Below, piece by piece: positions 60,232 to 64,000 of a DNA stretch of 64,000 nucleotides. This DNA comes from a bacterium (GTDB taxonomy: Bacteria > SZUA-182 > DTGQ01), in assembly GCA_040752695.1 (NCBI GenBank), contig JBFMGO010000002.1, forward strand, positions 18,564 through 82,563. Direction: 5' to 3'. The first letter of the stretch is position 1. Each line of letters opens with the position of its first letter. Below the pieces are notes generated by a model, which had not been told where the DNA came from, did not search any database, and saw only the letters and a program-made list of their open reading frames with translations. The position numbers and the translations under genes are program-made.

Positions 60232-63200
60232 ATGATTTTAGCCAAGAATCCTTCATCGAATGCGGTTTTTCTTAAAAACAATGTGAAAACCTTACCTGCC
60301 AGGGTAGGCGCCAGGGAGGGAGAATCAAGTACAACCTTACCTGCCAGCGGTGTAGCCGGTGATTTTTTCCTCCGGTTCCTGAACCGCTCGCTTGATTTGA
60401 CCAAAGATCAGCCCAAAGGCATGAACAAAGGTCAAACCAGAGGTCAGCCCAAGGATCAGAGCGAGAATCAGGCGAAAATAGACAGAGATATGGGTGCAGA
60501 TCAATTCCCGGAGCAGGGGATAGAGCACGGCACAGAGCATGATACAACGCATGATGTTATGCAGAGCACAACGCATGATGTAATGCAGAGTATAATACAG
60601 GGTATAATGCAGGGTGGCAAATTTACTGCCAGGAAGATAATGCCAGGATTAGATATAATACAGAAAAAACAAGAAGTCTCTTCCCCTTACTTCCATCCGG
60701 TTCCTTCCCCAAAAGGGGAAGAGAACAGGGGATCAACTCTCCCCGGTGATGAGAAGGACAGTGGATTCTCCTCCTTCACAGGAGGCGAGGAGAATAGCGG
60801 ACCTTGGCATTATATGACTCCTCTTCTTCAGTGGGCAGATCAAATACCGCCCCATCGGCTGGAAAGAAACAGGGCTGACACAGGAGGGTCATTCACCTTT
60901 TCTTCAGTTGAAGAAACTCAGAATCCCTCCCTTTTTACAGAGATACAAAGTTCTCCTTTTTTAAAAGAGGATTCCAGGGATTCAGGCGGATTTTCAGCCA
61001 TACAAAGAACCTCCGCTCCACCCCTTTTCGAAAAGGGGGAAGCTTTTCCGCTTAAGGTAATCCCATTACCCTCCACGAGAGAGGAGAATAGTAAGGCTCC
61101 TCAGGATTTACGGCAATATGCACAAAATAGTACTCAACAGGCCACTCGGCCGGGCTTTCAGCAGGATATTCAACAATCTGCTCAACCAGGTCAGGGTATT
61201 CAGCAGGGTATTCAACAGATTGACCCGCACATTACCTGGCAATCTGTACAGCATGTTATACTTCAGCGCACTGCACAAGTTCAAAACCGCACTGTACAAA
61301 TTCAAGACAATGAAAACAGGCCACCCGATGATCTCCATTCGGACAATCCCCATCAGGAGAATATTGGTACGCTGAATATCAACCTGGAATTGCAGGAGAA
61401 TACGCGCATAGCTCATCATGAGGCGGAAAATGCGCGGGTCCGGCAGTCAGTGAGCACTGAAGAAATCATGGAGGAGAATCTCCTATTCCCATCCTTAAAG
61501 TCATCACCGGCCAGGCATCTGGCTGATCAGGAAATAAGTTTGGATCAATTACCGCTATCTATCGGTAAGATGAAATATCCACCTCTCGAAGCGACGCAAA
61601 AGACCATAAGCATTTCTCCTGCAATAGAGGGTCACTATCCAGCAACAGATGGACGCAATCCCACAATAGAGGGTCCCTATCCAGCAACAGACAGATGTAA
61701 TTCTGCACTGGAGATGTATCATCCGCATCGTCCCACGATAGAGGAGCATCCTCTTTCCCCACCCTTTTCAGAAGAGGGCAGGGGGGATTTTCAGATGAAA
61801 GCAAATCAGGACAGGAACTACTCCTGGCATACATCAGTTCAAGCAGCGCAACCAAATCAACCAGATGAATCAGCGCACTTATTCCAACCCATACAGCTAA
61901 GTCAACCAAATCAACCAGCGCAGCTAAGTCAGCAAAATCAACCAGCGCAACGAATGCAACCAACTCATTTATCTGCTCAATTACCTCAATCTGCTCAACT
62001 ATCTTATCGGCCATTTCAAGCATATCAATCAGTTCAACTAAGAGAGGTCGAAGAATCCGATATCGGCTCTACGGGTGCATTCTTACACCTTCAGGATTCG
62101 TCCGAGAATCTGGTATCTATTCCTATCTCTACTCCTGATCTTCATCAAGGATCTGAGGTTGAAGAGAAACATCTGCCGAAGGAGGGGGGAGAGCTGGATC
62201 AAGAAACGACAGGTGACTTGTCGCCTTTTCCGCCAGACCATATTCCCTCGTCTGTTCCTTCCCTTAATGATAAAAAAGAGGCAGTTTTCATGATAAGTCC
62301 CGAGCCGCCGATTTCTGGGGACAGTGCAGGACTGCCAGCCTCACCCGGTACGGATTCCTTTGTTCTTGAGGAGAGTAATCCGGTAATTCAACCGGATTCC
62401 CATCAGGTTGATCAACCGTGTGCCCATCAGGTTGCTCAGCAGGTTGATCAGTCGGATGCTCAGCAGGTTGATCAACCGTGTGCCTATCAGGTTGATCAGC
62501 AAGTTGATCAGCAAAGTGCTGCGCCGGTTGTTCAAGAAGCAAGCAATGCAGTTAATCGGACGATTTCCCACCTGAACGCTCAGCCAATTGCTCAGTCGAT
62601 TGCTCAGAGTGTAGGCCCGTCAGACCTAACCGCTGTAGGATCCCTTTCTCATGAGCAGATCAAGCAGGTTGCCCAGCCGATAGCCCACCAGACTATTCAA
62701 GAGGAGAACAATCCATCTGCTCAGTTAATTGCTCAGCAGAATATTCAATCGGTTGCTCAGAGTGGAGGATCGCCATCACCATCCGTTGGGGGTTCTCTTT
62801 CTGCTGGTGAAAATAAGCAAGTTGCTCAGCTGGTTGCACAGCTAACAGATCAGGATGTAGTAGCCCGGCAGATAGCTCAGACAAAGAGTGAAGGATCGCC
62901 AGCACAAACCTCTACGGATTCCCTTGCTTCTGAGGCGAATAAGCTGGTCGCTGAGCCAGTTGCCCAGGATGCAGCTCATCCAATTTCTCAGGATGCAGCC
63001 CAGCCGGTTTCTGATGATGTAGCCCAGCAGATAGCTCAGGATGTAGCCCAGCAGATAGCTGAGACACAGAGAGAAGGGGTGCCAGCCCCAACCGTAGCGG
63101 GTTCCTCTACGCCAGAGGAGAGCAAGCTGATTGCTGAGCCAGTTGCCCAGGATGCAGCCCAGCCGGTTTCTGCGGATATAGCCAAGCAGGTAGCTGAGAT

Positions 63201-64000
63201 ACAGAGAGAAGGGTCGAGAGCCCCAACCGTTGTGGATTTCCCTACCCCAGAGGAGAGAAAGCTGGTTCCTGAGCCAGTTGCCCAGGATGCAGCTGAGCCA
63301 GTTGCCCAGGATACAGCACAGCCGACAACTCAAAATGTAGCCCAGCAGACTGCTGAGACACAGAGAGAAGGATTGCCAATATCAACCGTTGCGGGTTCCC
63401 CTACCCCAGAGGAGAGAAAGCAAGTTGCTGAGCCAATTGCCCAGGATACAGCTCAGCCGGTTGTCCAAGATATTGCACAGTCAATTGCCCGGCAAGCTGC
63501 GCAGAGAGAAGAATTGCCAGCAACAACCGTTGCGGATTCCCTTACCGCAAAGGAGAGTAAGCTGGTTGTTGAGCCAATTGCCCAGGATACAGCTCAGTCA
63601 GTTTCTGCGGATATAGCCAAGCAGGTAGCTCAAGATGTAGCTCAGATTTCTCTGGATGCAGCTCAGCCGGTTTCTGAGGATACAGCCCAGCAGGGAGCTC
63701 AGGATGTAGCCCAACAGGCTGCTGAGATACAGAGTGAAGGATTGCCAGCTCCAACCGTTGCGGATTCCCCTACACCAGAGGACAGTAAGCAAGTTGCCGA
63801 GCCAATTATCCAGGATACGGCACAGCTAATTTTCAAGGATACAGCCCAGCAGGGAGCTCAGGATGTAGCCCAACAGGCTGCTGAGATACAGAGTGAAGGA
63901 TTGCCAGCCCCAACCGCTACAGTTTTCCCTACACCGGAGGAGCGTAAGCTGGTTGCTGAGCCAGTTGTCCAGGATACGGCACAGCTAATTTTCAAGGATA
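60232..64000 (+). CDS. Giant low-complexity Gln/Ala/Pro/acidic ORF, 3'-truncated; candidate hook-length control protein FliK
   Basis: Translated by hand: MILAKNPSSNAVFLKNNVK...; no stop in >1250 codons to the window end; in-frame TAG at 60220 bounds the start; follows flgC. The diagnostic FliK C-domain is not in the window. Confidence 0.7.
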   Translation, partial: MILAKNPSSNAVFLKNNVKTLPARVGAREGESSTTLPASGVAGDFFLRFLNRSLDLTKDQPKGMNKGQTRGQPKDQSENQAKIDRDMGADQFPEQGIEHGTEHDTTHDVMQSTTHDVMQSIIQGIMQGGKFTARKIMPGLDIIQKKQEVSSPYFHPVPSPKGEENRGSTLPGDEKDSGFSSFTGGEENSGPWHYMTPLLQWADQIPPHRLERNRADTGGSFTFSSVEETQNPSLFTEIQSSPFLKEDSRDSGGFSAIQRTSAPPLFEKGEAFPLKVIPLPSTREENSKAPQDLRQYAQNSTQQATRPGFQQDIQQSAQPGQGIQQGIQQIDPHITWQSVQHVILQRTAQVQNRTVQIQDNENRPPDDLHSDNPHQENIGTLNINLELQENTRIAHHEAENARVRQSVSTEEIMEENLLFPSLKSSPARHLADQEISLDQLPLSIGKMKYPPLEATQKTISISPAIEGHYPATDGRNPTIEGPYPATDRCNSALEMYHPHRPTIEEHPLSPPFSEEGRGDFQMKANQDRNYSWHTSVQAAQPNQPDESAHLFQPIQLSQPNQPAQLSQQNQPAQRMQPTHLSAQLPQSAQLSYRPFQAYQSVQLREVEESDIGSTGAFLHLQDSSENLVSIPISTPDLHQGSEVEEKHLPKEGGELDQETTGDLSPFPPDHIPSSVPSLNDKKEAVFMISPEPPISGDSAGLPASPGTDSFVLEESNPVIQPDSHQVDQPCAHQVAQQVDQSDAQQVDQPCAYQVDQQVDQQSAAPVVQEASNAVNRTISHLNAQPIAQSIAQSVGPSDLTAVGSLSHEQIKQVAQPIAHQTIQEENNPSAQLIAQQNIQSVAQSGGSPSPSVGGSLSAGENKQVAQLVAQLTDQDVVARQIAQTKSEGSPAQTSTDSLASEANKLVAEPVAQDAAHPISQDAAQPVSDDVAQQIAQDVAQQIAETQREGVPAPTVAGSSTPEESKLIAEPVAQDAAQPVSADIAKQVAEIQREGSRAPTVVDFPTPEERKLVPEPVAQDAAEPVAQDTAQPTTQNVAQQTAETQREGLPISTVAGSPTPEERKQVAEPIAQDTAQPVVQDIAQSIARQAAQREELPATTVADSLTAKESKLVVEPIAQDTAQSVSADIAKQVAQDVAQISLDAAQPVSEDTAQQGAQDVAQQAAEIQSEGLPAPTVADSPTPEDSKQVAEPIIQDTAQLIFKDTAQQGAQDVAQQAAEIQSEGLPAPTATVFPTPEERKLVAEPVVQDTAQLIFKD

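Overview
Bacterial chromosomal window with no rRNA, tRNA, IS or CRISPR visible; gene content resembles Deltaproteobacteria/Nitrospirota, but I cannot assign the taxon from sequence alone. There are three blocks. (1) 1-18.3 kb: very large secreted/surface proteins plus azoreductase, GH15 and a secreted rhodanese. One is a 5'-truncated beta-helix protein fused to an 8xCxxCH multiheme domain, an Ig-like domain and a discoidin-like domain. Another is a PQQ-type propeller/Kazal/Cys-Asp-repeat protein with three cohesin-like modules and a dockerin. (2) 18.4-34 kb: chemotaxis and signalling (cheA-cheW-mcp-cheR-cheD-cheB, two histidine kinases, HDOD, cheY, cheX, PilZ brake, sigma54 activator). (3) 34.6-64 kb: flagellar cluster (fliE-J, motE, motA, two motB, fliL-R, flhBAF, flhG, fliA, flgBC). 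It ends in a >1250-codon low-complexity ORF that is absent from the ORF track and may be a giant FliK. Best leads: the stalked multiheme cytochrome, the cohesin/dockerin scaffold, a complementary-degenerate MotB pair, the giant FliK candidate, extracytoplasmic CZB sensors shared by an MCP and a kinase, an MshEN-like motif in CheA, and pervasive heptamer/18-bp micro-repeats at gene junctions and inside core flagellar genes. All domain calls are by motif recognition, not database search.
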